From the NCBI GenBank assembly GCA_963169665.1, contig CAUJET010000134.1, forward strand, positions 7,804 to 71,803: a stretch of DNA of 64,000 nucleotides. The letters are read 5' to 3'. Origin of the DNA: Actinomycetota bacterium (GTDB taxonomy: Bacteria > Actinomycetota > Acidimicrobiia > Acidimicrobiales > Ilumatobacteraceae). The stretch's first letter is position 1. Every line of letters begins with the position of its first letter. The position numbers and the translations under genes were made by a program. The notes below the pieces were generated by a model, which worked only from the letters and a program-made list of their open reading frames with translations, was not told the origin of the DNA and ran no database searches. Shown in pieces: positions 34,542-44,123 of the stretch.

Positions 34542-34841
34542 TCAGATGCTGAGGTCGGGGACCGGGAGTTCTTCGACGTTGACGTCTTTGAACGTCAGCA
34601 CGCGCACCTTGGGCACGAACCGGCTCTTGCGGTACATGTCCCACACCCAGGCATCGGTCAGTTCGACCTCGATGACGGGGCGGGCGCTGTCGCCGGACAC
34701 CGTGAGCTTCACGTCGTTGGCGAGGTAGAAGCGCCGCTCGGTCTCGACAGCGAACTTGAACATGCCGGCGACGTCCTGGTACTCCTGCGCGAGCTGCAGT
34801 TCACGCTCGGCCTCGAAGTTCTCGAGGTCGTCGGAACTCAC
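34542..34841 (-). CDS. DUF2469 domain protein
   Basis: 99 aa. DLENFEAERELQLAQEYQDVAGMFKFAVETERRFYLAN. Actinobacterial-conserved protein in its usual position near rplS. Confidence 0.88.
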   Translation of the reverse strand: MSSDDLENFEAERELQLAQEYQDVAGMFKFAVETERRFYLANDVKLTVSGDSARPVIEVELTDAWVWDMYRKSRFVPKVRVLTFKDVNVEELPVPDLSI

Positions 34842-34908
34842 CGGAGACCCGGCATCGATGTCAGGGCGTGCATCACACCATCCAACACGGATCGGCCGTC
34901 GCTGACCA

Positions 34909-34924
34909 GGGGCCTCGTGGCCCC
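34909..34924 (-). terminator. GC-rich hairpin downstream of rplS (weak terminator candidate, no U-tract)
   Basis: GGGGCC-tcgt-GGCCCC, 8 nt past the rplS stop. Confidence 0.35.
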
Positions 34925-34931
34925 CGGGCGA

Positions 34932-35279
34932 TCAGAAATCGCGCTTCTCGCGGATCTTGGCGGCCTTGCCCGAACGGTCGCGCAGGTAGTACAGCTTGGC
35001 GCGACGCACGTCGCCACGACGGACGACCTCGAGCTTCACGACGGTCGGAGCGTGCACCGGAAAGGTGCGCTCGACGCCGACGCCGTAGCTGACCTTGCGG
35101 ACCGTGTAGGTCTCGGCCACACCGCTGCCCTGACGACGGATGACGTTGCCCTGGAAGATCTGGACGCGCTCCTTGTTGCCCTCCACGACCTTCACGTGGA
35201 CCTTCACCTCGTCGCCGGGCCCGAAGGTGGGCACATCGGTGCGGAGGTACTGGTTGTCGACGAGATCGGTGGACTTCAT
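34932..35279 (-). CDS. rplS: 50S ribosomal protein L19
   Basis: Trimmed to the ATG at 35277-35279. [35 protein letters not shown]...TFPVHAP. Confidence 0.97.
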   Translation of the reverse strand: MKSTDLVDNQYLRTDVPTFGPGDEVKVHVKVVEGNKERVQIFQGNVIRRQGSGVAETYTVRKVSYGVGVERTFPVHAPTVVKLEVVRRGDVRRAKLYYLRDRSGKAAKIREKRDF

Positions 35280-35316
35280 GGCGCGAACATCCTGCAGGCC
35301 TGGAGAAATGGAACAG

Positions 35317-36069
35317 CTAAGGATAAGGGACTGAGGGGAACTCTTCCAACAGGCGCCGGTCGACATCCGTGAGACCGCCCATGGCCTCGATGAGGTCGGG
35401 CCGGGACCGGAGCGTGCGGTGCAGACGCTGCGCCCGGCGCCAGCGCTCGATCCGACCGTGGTCGCCGCTGCGCAGCACGTCGGGGATCGTCCAGTCGCGG
35501 AACGTCGCCGGCCGCGTGAACTGGGGCTCCTCGAGCAGTCCGGCGGCGCCGAAGCTCTCGGTGACCGTGCTCACCGCGTTGCCCATCGCGCCGGGCAGCA
35601 ACCGCGCCACGGCCTCGATGACCAGGCATGCAGCGACCTCCCCCCCACTCAGCACGACATCGCCGATGCTCACCTCGCCGTCGACGAGGTGTTCGCGGAC
35701 GCGGTGGTCGATGCCCTCGTAGCGCCCGCACAGCAGGCTGAACCCGGCGCCAGGGCCGGCCGTCGCGAGCTCGGCCAACTCGTGGGCCATCGTCTGGTCG
35801 AACCGTCGGCCGCCGGGCCCGAGCAGGAACAACGGCCGCGGCGGATCGGCCGCCTCGACCGACGCGAAGATCGGCTCGGGCTTCATCACCATGCCGGCGC
35901 CGCCACCGAAGGGAGCGTCGTCGACCGTGCGGTGCACGTCGGACGTGTGCTCACGCAGGTCGTGCAGGCGGAGGTCGAGCAGACCGTTGGTGCGGCACTT
36001 GCCGAGCAGGCTCTCGCCGCAGAAGTCGTCCACCAGGCCGGGGAAGATGGTGAACACGTCGATCCGCAC
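35317..36069 (-). CDS. trmD: tRNA (guanine37-N1)-methyltransferase
   Basis: In-frame GTG at 36069 ([11 protein letters not shown]...). [30 protein letters not shown] and [11 protein letters not shown] motifs. Confidence 0.95.
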   Translation of the reverse strand: MRIDVFTIFPGLVDDFCGESLLGKCRTNGLLDLRLHDLREHTSDVHRTVDDAPFGGGAGMVMKPEPIFASVEAADPPRPLFLLGPGGRRFDQTMAHELAELATAGPGAGFSLLCGRYEGIDHRVREHLVDGEVSIGDVVLSGGEVAACLVIEAVARLLPGAMGNAVSTVTESFGAAGLLEEPQFTRPATFRDWTIPDVLRSGDHGRIERWRRAQRLHRTLRSRPDLIEAMGGLTDVDRRLLEEFPSVPYP

Positions 36070-36142
36070 GGTCGGCAAGCCTACGGCACACCGCCCGCGC
36101 AGCTCTCGGCCCGGATCGCGGCCGTCGGCGACCGACGGTCGC

Positions 36143-36478
36143 ATGGTGCGCCATGATGCGAGGGTGATCTTCCACATCGCCGACCGGGATCGGTGGCAGC
36201 GTTCGCTGGCCGCCGGCGAGTACACCGCCAGCACCATCGGGATGGAGCTGGACGAACAGGGTTTCATCCACCTCAGCACCGCCGAGCAGGTGCCGGGCGT
36301 GGTGGAGCGCTTCTACCAGGGGGTCGCGAACCTGGTGCTGCTGCACATCGACCAGAGCCGGCTCACGGCCGAGCTCGTGTTCGAACAGCTCGACGGGGCT
36401 CCGGAACCGTTCCCCCATCTGTACGGCCCGTTGAACACCGACGCCGTGGTCGACGTGACCGATCCGTTCCCCGCGTAG
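36143..36478 (+). CDS. DUF952 domain protein
   Basis: IFHIADRDRWQRSLAAGEYTASTIGMELDEQGFIHLSTAEQV...LVLLHID...FPHLYGPL. GTG at 36164 is an alternative start. Confidence 0.8.
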   Translation: MVRHDARVIFHIADRDRWQRSLAAGEYTASTIGMELDEQGFIHLSTAEQVPGVVERFYQGVANLVLLHIDQSRLTAELVFEQLDGAPEPFPHLYGPLNTDAVVDVTDPFPA

Positions 36479-36488
36479 CGACGACCGA

Positions 36489-37016
36489 TCAGTCGAGCAG
36501 GTCGAACAGACCGTCGGGCGCCTCGACGGCGATCACGCCGCCGGTGCCGCCGTCGGGTGGACGGCTCGCCGACACCACGAACGTGACCGGCACGAGGTGG
36601 CCGGTGTCGAGCTCGAGCAGGTCGTTGGCCGGGTTGTCGATCACCGCGATGCACACGCCCCGATCGACACCGGTCTGGTCGACCACGTGGGCGCCGATGA
36701 GGTCGTGCACCCAGAGCGCGTCGGGATCGGCGAGGGGCTCACCCCAGAGCGTGCGGCCGGCGAGGCGCTCGGCCTCGTTGCGGTCGGTGACGCCCTCGAC
36801 GATCACCATCCACTTGCGCTGGGGCAGGGCTCGTCCGGAGACGACGGTGTGCCACTGCTGGCCGTCGAACAGTCGAGCGCCGGCCTGCACTCGTTCGGTG
36901 CGGTCGGACGTGAGGCTGACCACGAGCCCGCCCTTCACGCCATGGGCGCGACCGAACCGGCCGACCTCGAGGAGACCGTCTGGTGAGGCGGGGGGTCGAT
37001 CGGTCGGCAAGGCCAA
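36489..37016 (-). CDS. rimM: 16S rRNA processing protein RimM
   Basis: LEVGRFGRAHGVKGGLVV...WMVIVEGVTDRNEAERLAG...DLIGAHVVD. The start is assigned to the TTG at 37016 (or 37010), 4 nt after the KH gene stop. Start codon uncertain. Confidence 0.85.
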   Translation of the reverse strand: MALPTDRPPASPDGLLEVGRFGRAHGVKGGLVVSLTSDRTERVQAGARLFDGQQWHTVVSGRALPQRKWMVIVEGVTDRNEAERLAGRTLWGEPLADPDALWVHDLIGAHVVDQTGVDRGVCIAVIDNPANDLLELDTGHLVPVTFVVSASRPPDGGTGGVIAVEAPDGLFDLLD

Positions 37017-37020
37017 CCGA

Positions 37021-37323
37021 TCAGTCGGCGAAGTCGACGTCGACCTCGACGCCGTCACGGGCGGCGGCCGCACGCACGAGCGTGCGGATGCTCTGCGCCG
37101 TGCGGCCACGACGGCCGATCACGCGACCGAGATCGCCGGGGCCGACCTTGACCTCGAGGCGAACGCGGTTGCGACCCTCCTGGCCATCGACCCGAACTGC
37201 CTCGGGGTCGTCCACGATGGAGCGGACGACGTGCTCGAGCACGGCCGTGGCCGTGGGCGCCGGGATCTCGTTGCCGAGGTCCTCGGCATCGTGATCGGAC
37301 GTGGTGCTGGTCTCGTCGCTCAC
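37021..37323 (-). CDS. KH-domain RNA-binding protein (YlqC/UPF0109-like)
   Basis: GTG at 37323 overlaps the rpsP TGA (GTGA). [26 protein letters not shown] is the KH GxxG loop. Confidence 0.88.
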   Translation of the reverse strand: MSDETSTTSDHDAEDLGNEIPAPTATAVLEHVVRSIVDDPEAVRVDGQEGRNRVRLEVKVGPGDLGRVIGRRGRTAQSIRTLVRAAAARDGVEVDVDFAD

Positions 37324-37592
37324 CGGGCGGCCTTGGCCGCGGTGAACGCCTCCCATGCGCCAGAGGCCTCGAGCAGCTTCTTCACCCGTTCGGTCGGCTG
37401 CGCGCCGTCCATCAGCCACTTCACGGCCTTGTCGCTGTCGATGTTGATCGACGACGGCTCGGTGCGCGGGTTGTAGGTACCGATGATCTGGATGAAACGG
37501 CCGTCGCGGGCCGCGCGGCTGTCTGCCGCCACCACGCGATACTGCGGCTGCTTCTTCTTGCCCACTCGGGTGAGGCGAAGCTTGACTGCCAT
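37320..37592 (-). CDS. rpsP: 30S ribosomal protein S16
   Basis: [42 protein letters not shown]. Confidence 0.97.
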   Translation of the reverse strand: MAVKLRLTRVGKKKQPQYRVVAADSRAARDGRFIQIIGTYNPRTEPSSINIDSDKAVKWLMDGAQPTERVKKLLEASGAWEAFTAAKAAR

Positions 37593-37634
37593 AGAAGAAC
37601 TGCTCCTCGGAGAAAACGAACCGGCTGAGGTTAC

Positions 37635-39092
37635 CTACTTCGAGCCGGGAAACCCACTCGGCAGACCCGGCATCCCGGGGATGTTCGGCATGCCGGGCAT
37701 GTTGGGCAACCCGCCGGGAATGTTGGGCATGCCCAGCATCCCGCCGCCGCGCTTGCCCTTGCTGGCCTTGCCGCCCTTCTGCTTGCCCTTCTTGCCCGGG
37801 CGACCCATGCCCATCGCGCCCATGCGCTTCATCATCTTCTGCATCTCGCCGAACTGCTTGACGAGTTGGGTGACCTGGGCCACCGACGTGCCGCTGCCCA
37901 GGGCGATGCGGTTGCGGCGGCTGCCGTTGATGATCTCGGGCTTGCGCCGCTCCTCGGCGGTCATGGAGCGGATGATCGCCTCAACGGGCTTGAGCTCCTC
38001 GTCGCCGATCTGGGCACCCTTCAGCTCCTTGGGCATGCCCGGCATCATCCCGAGGATGTTCCCGAGCGGACCCATCTTCTTCAGCTGCTGCATCTGCTCG
38101 AGGAAGTCGTCGAGGGTGAACTCGCCCTCGAGCAGCTTCTCGGCAGCGGCCTCGGCCTGATCCTTCTCGAAGGCCTGCTCGGCCTGCTCGATGAGGGTGA
38201 GCATGTCGCCCATGCCGAGGATGCGCCCGGCCATACGATCGGGGTGGAACTGCTCGAACTCGGTGAGCTTCTCACCGGTGGACGCGAACGCGATCGGCCG
38301 ACCGATGACCTCCTTGACCGACAGCGCGGCACCACCGCGGGCGTCGCCGTCGAGCTTGGACATGATGACGCCGTCGATCGCGAGCGTGGCGTGGAACGCC
38401 TCCGCGACGCCGACCGCGTCCTGACCGGTCATCGCGTCGATGACGAGGAAGGTGTAGTCGGGCTCGATGTTGGCCGAGATCTGACGGACCTGCTCCATCA
38501 TCTCGGCGTCGATCGACAGACGGCCGGCGGTGTCGACGATCAGCACGTCCTTGCCGAGGCGGCGTGCCTCGGCAAGACCCCGGGTGGCCGTGGCGACCGG
38601 GTCGCCGGGCTCGCTGAACACGGGGACGTCGATCTGACGACCGAGGGTGCGCAGCTGCTCGACGGCGGCGGGACGCTGCAGGTCGGCGCCGACGAGGAGC
38701 GGCTGACGGCCCTGGCTCTTGAACCAGCGGGCGAGCTTGGCCGAGTTGGTGGTCTTGCCCGAGCCCTGGAGGCCGGCCATGAGCACCACGGTGGGCGGCC
38801 GCGAGGCGTAGGTGATCTTCAGGGTCTCGCCGCCGAGCATGGCGGTGAGTTCCTGATTGACGATCTTGACGACCTGCTGGCTCGGGTCGAGCGCCTGGCT
38901 GAGCGCCACACCGATGGTCTGCTCGCGGATGCGGGCGACCACGTTGCGCACGACGCCGACGTTGACGTCGGCCTCGAGCAGCGCGGTGCGGATCTCCTTC
39001 AGGACCTCGTCGACGTCGGCCTCGGTGAGGCGCCCCTTGCCGCGGATCTTCTTGATGACGCCTTCGAGGCGTGAGGACAGCGAATCGAACAT
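37635..39092 (-). CDS. ffh: Signal recognition particle protein Ffh
   Basis: ATG at 39090-39092 (MFDSLSSRLEG). GLQGSGKTT, DTAGR and the Met-rich M domain. Gly/Pro/Met-rich C-terminal tail. Confidence 0.97.
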   Translation of the reverse strand: MFDSLSSRLEGVIKKIRGKGRLTEADVDEVLKEIRTALLEADVNVGVVRNVVARIREQTIGVALSQALDPSQQVVKIVNQELTAMLGGETLKITYASRPPTVVLMAGLQGSGKTTNSAKLARWFKSQGRQPLLVGADLQRPAAVEQLRTLGRQIDVPVFSEPGDPVATATRGLAEARRLGKDVLIVDTAGRLSIDAEMMEQVRQISANIEPDYTFLVIDAMTGQDAVGVAEAFHATLAIDGVIMSKLDGDARGGAALSVKEVIGRPIAFASTGEKLTEFEQFHPDRMAGRILGMGDMLTLIEQAEQAFEKDQAEAAAEKLLEGEFTLDDFLEQMQQLKKMGPLGNILGMMPGMPKELKGAQIGDEELKPVEAIIRSMTAEERRKPEIINGSRRNRIALGSGTSVAQVTQLVKQFGEMQKMMKRMGAMGMGRPGKKGKQKGGKASKGKRGGGMLGMPNIPGGLPNMPGMPNIPGMPGLPSGFPGSK

Positions 39093-39223
39093 GCGCCGCA
39101 CAGGCTACCGGCCGTCCCCGAGCCCATTTCGCGATGACAGACGCGAAGAGAGGTGAGCGCCCGGGGGCACCCACCTCTCGTCTCAGACGGTCTGGTCGGG
39201 TCGGGCGCCGGGGCCCGGGCGGA

Positions 39224-40912
39224 TCAGCCGATGCTCACGACCTCGGTGACCACGCCGGCCTCGACCGCGACGTTGAGGCGGGTCTCGCTGTAGTCCATGG
39301 TGAGCGCCAGGTCGGCGCCGTCCGCACGGGCGACCCGCACGGTCCAGCCACTCGCCTCAGCGAGCTTCGACGCCTCGTCGACCCTGAGGCCGACCAGGGT
39401 CGAACCGTCGAAGGCGGCGTCGACGGCAGGCTCGCCCACGCCGTCGGTGCCGGGCACGGCGGTCTCGACCGGCATCGGCTCGGGCAGCGGCACGGGCTCG
39501 GGCAGCACCTCGGGCTCGGCCTGCTGGAGGTACTGGTCCTCGACGGCGAGCACGTTGGCCATCATCCCGTCGGCGCCGGTGAAGGCGTAGCCGGGCAGCA
39601 GCCACACGGTGCCGTCGGCCGCCCAGACCTGCTCGAGCGAGGAGGTGACCTGGTTCAGGTCGATCACCATGGGGGCGAGGTCGACCGAGCCGACCGACAC
39701 GCACGAGACCGCAGGGTCGGTGCAGTCGCCGACGGCGGGATCGACGAGCACCGTGTCGGTGGGGACGGGCTCCTCGTACGCCGTGGACGCTCCGGCATCG
39801 TCGGGGACGAGGGCCCCGTCCGGTCCGAGCACACCCTCCGTCGGTTCCGTCGGTTCCGTCGGTTCCGTCGGCTCGGCCGGCGGTGCGTAGTCCTCCCCCA
39901 CCGCCGGCTCGACGGCGGGCATGGCGGCCGGCTCGGTGGCCACGCCGGCGTCGCGGACGGCCGGGCCGTACCCGGTCATCCAGGCGTTCGCCTGGTCGTT
40001 GAGGCGAACGATCGCGGCGTCCACGCCGATGCGCGGGTAGTCGGCGCCGCGCTGGGGTGCGGCCAGGAAGCCGCCGGCCCAGGTGATCGCGCCCTGCTCG
40101 CCGTAGCCGACGTTGAACGACAGGTTGGTGCGTACGCCGTCGAGCACCAGGAAGGCCGTGACGGATGCGCTCCACTCGTCGGCATAGGTCTCGAGCTCGT
40201 AGCCGGCGGGATCACCGCCGAGCGAAGCCAGCAGGGCCAGCGCGCTCGCCTCGGCCTCGGCGGCCGAGGGCACACCGGCCGGGGGCTGCGACGGCTCGCA
40301 CACGGGCTGTCCCGCCGTGGTGGGGTCGGCAGCCGGATCGCCGGCCGGGTACAGGGCGCAGTCGTCGACGATGCCGCGTCCCTCGGTCTGCCATGCCGGG
40401 CTGAACCACCAGCTCTGCATCGCGTCGGCGGCGACGGTGACCGACGGCGCCGAGCCGTCGTTCGGGCCGACGGTCCACCCGCCACCCATGTCGGCCGGGA
40501 GTTCGACCGCGTCGCCGGTGACACCGAAGGCCGCTGCCAGTTGCTCCACCTGCTCGGCTGTCGGGGCCACGCCGGGGGCGAAGAACCACGACCCTGCCGG
40601 GGAGGTGAGGTCGGGCGTCTCACCGCTCCACGTGTAGGTGAGCGACATCGGCATCATCTTCGACTCGGACATGGCCGCGTCGGCTGCACCGGCGGCCGTC
40701 GGCGCAGCGCCGCCCGATGCCGACCCGGCGATCTGGATGATGGCGGGTGCGGGGAGCGTCGATGCGCTGCCGGCGCTCTCGTCGTCAGCCGAGCCACACG
40801 CGGTGAGGCCGAGCACGACGACGGCGCCGACGAGGGCGAGGCGACGGGAGCGGGGGCCGGCGACACGGCGGACGGCACGGTGCTGGCGGCTGGTTCGGGG
40901 CTGGATGGTCAT
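39224..40912 (-). CDS. Hypothetical lipoprotein with PTE repeats and a C-terminal peptidase-inhibitor-I78-like module
   Basis: Start taken at MTIQPRTS (ATG at 40910-40912). Lipobox LGLTAC. (EPT)x4 repeat. The C-terminus LVGLRVDEASKLAEASGWTVRVARADGADLALTMDYSETRLNVAVEAGVVTEVVSIG resembles I78-type domains (by memory). Confidence 0.65.
   Translation of the reverse strand: MTIQPRTSRQHRAVRRVAGPRSRRLALVGAVVVLGLTACGSADDESAGSASTLPAPAIIQIAGSASGGAAPTAAGAADAAMSESKMMPMSLTYTWSGETPDLTSPAGSWFFAPGVAPTAEQVEQLAAAFGVTGDAVELPADMGGGWTVGPNDGSAPSVTVAADAMQSWWFSPAWQTEGRGIVDDCALYPAGDPAADPTTAGQPVCEPSQPPAGVPSAAEAEASALALLASLGGDPAGYELETYADEWSASVTAFLVLDGVRTNLSFNVGYGEQGAITWAGGFLAAPQRGADYPRIGVDAAIVRLNDQANAWMTGYGPAVRDAGVATEPAAMPAVEPAVGEDYAPPAEPTEPTEPTEPTEGVLGPDGALVPDDAGASTAYEEPVPTDTVLVDPAVGDCTDPAVSCVSVGSVDLAPMVIDLNQVTSSLEQVWAADGTVWLLPGYAFTGADGMMANVLAVEDQYLQQAEPEVLPEPVPLPEPMPVETAVPGTDGVGEPAVDAAFDGSTLVGLRVDEASKLAEASGWTVRVARADGADLALTMDYSETRLNVAVEAGVVTEVVSIG
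39838..39873. repeat. Coding 9-bp tandem repeat x4 (ccgtcggtt), encoding the (EPT)n linker
   Basis: Read directly within the lipoprotein gene. Confidence 0.8.
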
Positions 40913-41027
40913 GCGCATTGGACGTGGCTCCCGCACTGGTCGGTTCCCGACGGAACCGGATTTCTTCCTCGGATCCGTCCCGGGATCGACGATCTCGGCC
41001 CGGTGGCCGTCGTCGCGCTCCTCCGGG

Positions 41028-42236
41028 TCAGCTCTCGGCGAAGAGCGCGCCGATGAACTGCTCGGGATCGAACGCGACGAGATCGCCGATCGTCTCGCCG
41101 AGGCCGACGAGCTTCACGGGGATGCCGAGTTCGGTCTCGATCGCGAACACGATGCCACCCTTCGCGCTGCCGTCGAGTTTGGTGAGCACCACACCGGTGA
41201 GGCCGACGCCGGTGTCGTCGCTCAGCAGCGCGTCGCCGAACTGTCGGGCCTGGGTGAGCCCGTTCTGGCCGGTGGTGGCGTCGATGACGAGCAGCACCTC
41301 GGTGACACGACCGGCGCCCTTGGCGGCGACTCGTCGCACCTTGCGCAGTTCGTCCATGAGGTTCGACTTGGTGTGCAGACGGCCGGCGGTGTCGGCGAGC
41401 ACGAGGTCGATGCCGCGGGCGGCTGCCCGCTCGACACCGTCGAAGATCACCGAGCTCGGGTCGCCGCCCTCGGCACCGCGCACGAACTCCGCACCGCTGC
41501 GCTCGGCCCAGGTGTTGAGCTGCTCGGCTGCCGCGGCGCGGAAGGTGTCGCCCGCGGCCATCAGCACCGTGCGACCCTCGCTGCGCTGGAGCGCCCCGAC
41601 CTTGCCGATCGTCGTGGTCTTGCCGACGCCGTTCACGCCGACGAACAGCCACACGTTCGGCGAACCGGGCTCGCCGGGCACCAGGTGCAGTTCGCGATCG
41701 GCACCCTCGAGGCGGCCGGTCATCTCGGCGCGCAAGGCGTCGAGCAGCGCATCGGGCGTGGTGATCTCCTTCGACTTCACCCGGGCCCGCAGGCCACTCA
41801 GCAACTCGTCGGTGACGCGCACGCCGACGTCGGCCCGCAGCAGCGCCTCCTCGAGGTCGTCGAACGAACTGTCGGTGATGCCGGCCCGCGAGCGGATGCC
41901 GAGGAAGGCACCGGTGAGCGCGCTGCGCGCCTTGCTCATCCTCGACGTGAACGACGGCCGCTCGTAGGTCTCGGGCTCGGCCACGGCATCGGTGTCGGGC
42001 TCGATCTCGACCTCGGACTCGACCTCGACCGATGCCTCGGCCGGTTCGAGCACAGCGGTGCCCGGCGACGCGTCGGCAGTCGAGACCGGGCGCGGTTCGA
42101 CCGCCGGGCGGGGCGGGCGGACGATCTCCGACGTGCGCTCGTCGTTCAGTTCGGGCGTGCGGCGGCGGTTGAGGACGAGCACGCCGAGGCCGAACACCAG
42201 CACCAGCGCGACGAGGGCGAGATAGATCCACTCCAT
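41028..42236 (-). CDS. ftsY: Signal recognition particle receptor FtsY
   Basis: 402 aa. N-terminal TM helix, an acidic linker, and an NG domain with GVNGVGKTTT, DTAGR and TKLDG motifs. Confidence 0.95.
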   Translation of the reverse strand: MEWIYLALVALVLVFGLGVLVLNRRRTPELNDERTSEIVRPPRPAVEPRPVSTADASPGTAVLEPAEASVEVESEVEIEPDTDAVAEPETYERPSFTSRMSKARSALTGAFLGIRSRAGITDSSFDDLEEALLRADVGVRVTDELLSGLRARVKSKEITTPDALLDALRAEMTGRLEGADRELHLVPGEPGSPNVWLFVGVNGVGKTTTIGKVGALQRSEGRTVLMAAGDTFRAAAAEQLNTWAERSGAEFVRGAEGGDPSSVIFDGVERAAARGIDLVLADTAGRLHTKSNLMDELRKVRRVAAKGAGRVTEVLLVIDATTGQNGLTQARQFGDALLSDDTGVGLTGVVLTKLDGSAKGGIVFAIETELGIPVKLVGLGETIGDLVAFDPEQFIGALFAES

Positions 42237-42329
42237 GGTGCGTCAACGCTACCCGCGGCCGGTGCGACGACCCCGGACGTCAGGGTCGAACGATCGGCGC
42301 CGGTCGCCCGGCGCCGAACCGTGACGTGA

Positions 42330-43160
42330 TCAGCGGCCGGCGCCGGTGTCACCGCCGTCGCTGAGGCGCTGGGCGAGCCATGCGAGCGGGATCGACACGA
42401 TCATCACGAACGTCGCCATCACGTTCACCAACGGCACGTTCTGCGGGCGACTGAAGTTGGCGAGGATCCACTGGGGCAGGGTCTGGAAGCCGGACCCGGC
42501 CGTGAACGTGGTGACGACGATCTCGTCGAAGCTCAGCGCGAACGCGAGGATGCCGCCGGCGAGCATCGCCGAGCGCACCAGCGGGAACGTGATGTACCGG
42601 AACGTCTGCGACCCGTGGGCACCGAGGTCGGCGGAGGCCTCGAGCAGGTTCGGCGACGACCGACGCAGACGGGCGACGACGTTGTTGTAGGCGACCACCA
42701 CGCAGAACGTGGCGTGGGCGATCACCAACGAGTGGAACCCGAAGCCGACCTTGAACGAGAACAGCCCCAGGTCGATCGTGCGCGAGAACGTGTTCTGCAG
42801 CGCGATACCGGTGACGATGCCGGGCAGCGCGATCGGCAGCACGAGCAGGAACGACACGACGTCCTTGCCGAAGAAGCCGAAGCGGGTCATCGCCATGGCC
42901 GCCAACGTGCCGAGGACCAGAGCGATCACCGTCGCGACCAGCGCCACCTTGCAGGAGTTGAGCAGCGCCTCCCGCGGTGCATCGCTCTCCCACGCCTTCG
43001 ACCACCACTCGGTGGTGTAGCCGCTCCACCCGGGCCAGGCGACCGACTTCGCCGGGTTGAACGACAGGCGGGCCACCACGACGAGCGGCAGGTAGAGGAA
43101 CAACAGCGTCGCGATCGTGACCAGGCACAGGGCGATGCGTGCGGGCAGGGAGAGGCGCAT
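42330..43160 (-). CDS. ABC transporter permease (PotC-like)
   Basis: 276 aa with 6 TM helices and the EAA-loop region LLEASADLGAHGSQTFRYITFPL. Confidence 0.9.
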   Translation of the reverse strand: MRLSLPARIALCLVTIATLLFLYLPLVVVARLSFNPAKSVAWPGWSGYTTEWWSKAWESDAPREALLNSCKVALVATVIALVLGTLAAMAMTRFGFFGKDVVSFLLVLPIALPGIVTGIALQNTFSRTIDLGLFSFKVGFGFHSLVIAHATFCVVVAYNNVVARLRRSSPNLLEASADLGAHGSQTFRYITFPLVRSAMLAGGILAFALSFDEIVVTTFTAGSGFQTLPQWILANFSRPQNVPLVNVMATFVMIVSIPLAWLAQRLSDGGDTGAGR

Positions 43161-43163
43161 GGG

Positions 43164-44123
43164 TCAGAGGTTCTCGAAGGCGCCGAGGCGCTTCATGGCC
43201 AACAGGTACAGGATGATGATCAGCAGCGGCCAGAGGGTGAACGCGGCCGCCAGCGGCTGGTTCGGCGCACCGAGCACGCCGTTGATCACCGAGCCGAACA
43301 GGAAGCGCTCCTCGCCCTGGTTCACGATCTGCGGGACGATGTAGTCGCCCATCGAGAGCGAGAAGGTGAAGATCGAGCCGGCGGCGATCGAGGGCAGCAG
43401 CAGCGGCAGGATCACGGAGCGGAAGGTGCGCAGCGGGCGCGCCCCGAGGTCGCCCGACGCGTCGAGCAACGACACGGGGAGCCGGTCGAGCCCGGCGTAG
43501 ATGGGCAGCACCATGTAGGGCAACCAGAAGTAGACGAGGGTGACGACGATGGCCACACGTCCGTATCCCGGCGTCCACCCGATCGTGGACTCGAGGAAGC
43601 CACCACCGCCGCGACCCGCGGCCGCGAACTGGTTGCCGGCCGGCGACACCATGGCCCGCCAGGCGTAGCCCTTCACGAGGTAACCGGCCCACAGGGGCAG
43701 CAGCATCGCGACGACGATGCCGCGGCGCGCCCACCGCCAGGCGACCTTCGAGACGAAGAAGGCGACCGGGACCGAGATGAGGAAGCAGATGATCGTGACG
43801 AGCAGCGCCACGCCCGCCGTCCGGATGACCACCCAGACCGTGTCCCACTCCGTGAACGCCGAGGTGAGGTTCGCCGTGGTGAAGGTGGTGGTCGGCTTCT
43901 GGGTGACGGGATCGAGCTCGTACAGCGCGCTGACGACCAGCAGCACGAGCGATCCGAGATAGATGACGAGCATCCAGGTGAGCGGCAGCCCGAGCAACGA
44001 GCCGATTCCCAGACGACGCCGTCCGTGGTAGGCGCGGTTGAGCGCGCGCCACGGGCGGGAGGGCCCGGAGGCCCTCCCGCCGATGGACGCGCCCGCGGCG
44101 CCTGCTGCCGCAGGAGCAGTCAC
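43164..44123 (-). CDS. ABC transporter permease (PotB-like)
   Basis: Trimmed to the in-frame GTG at 44123, which overlaps the upstream TAG by 1 nt. EAA loop LLDASGDLGARPLRTFRSVILPL. Confidence 0.87.
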   Translation of the reverse strand: MTAPAAAGAAGASIGGRASGPSRPWRALNRAYHGRRRLGIGSLLGLPLTWMLVIYLGSLVLLVVSALYELDPVTQKPTTTFTTANLTSAFTEWDTVWVVIRTAGVALLVTIICFLISVPVAFFVSKVAWRWARRGIVVAMLLPLWAGYLVKGYAWRAMVSPAGNQFAAAGRGGGGFLESTIGWTPGYGRVAIVVTLVYFWLPYMVLPIYAGLDRLPVSLLDASGDLGARPLRTFRSVILPLLLPSIAAGSIFTFSLSMGDYIVPQIVNQGEERFLFGSVINGVLGAPNQPLAAAFTLWPLLIIILYLLAMKRLGAFENL

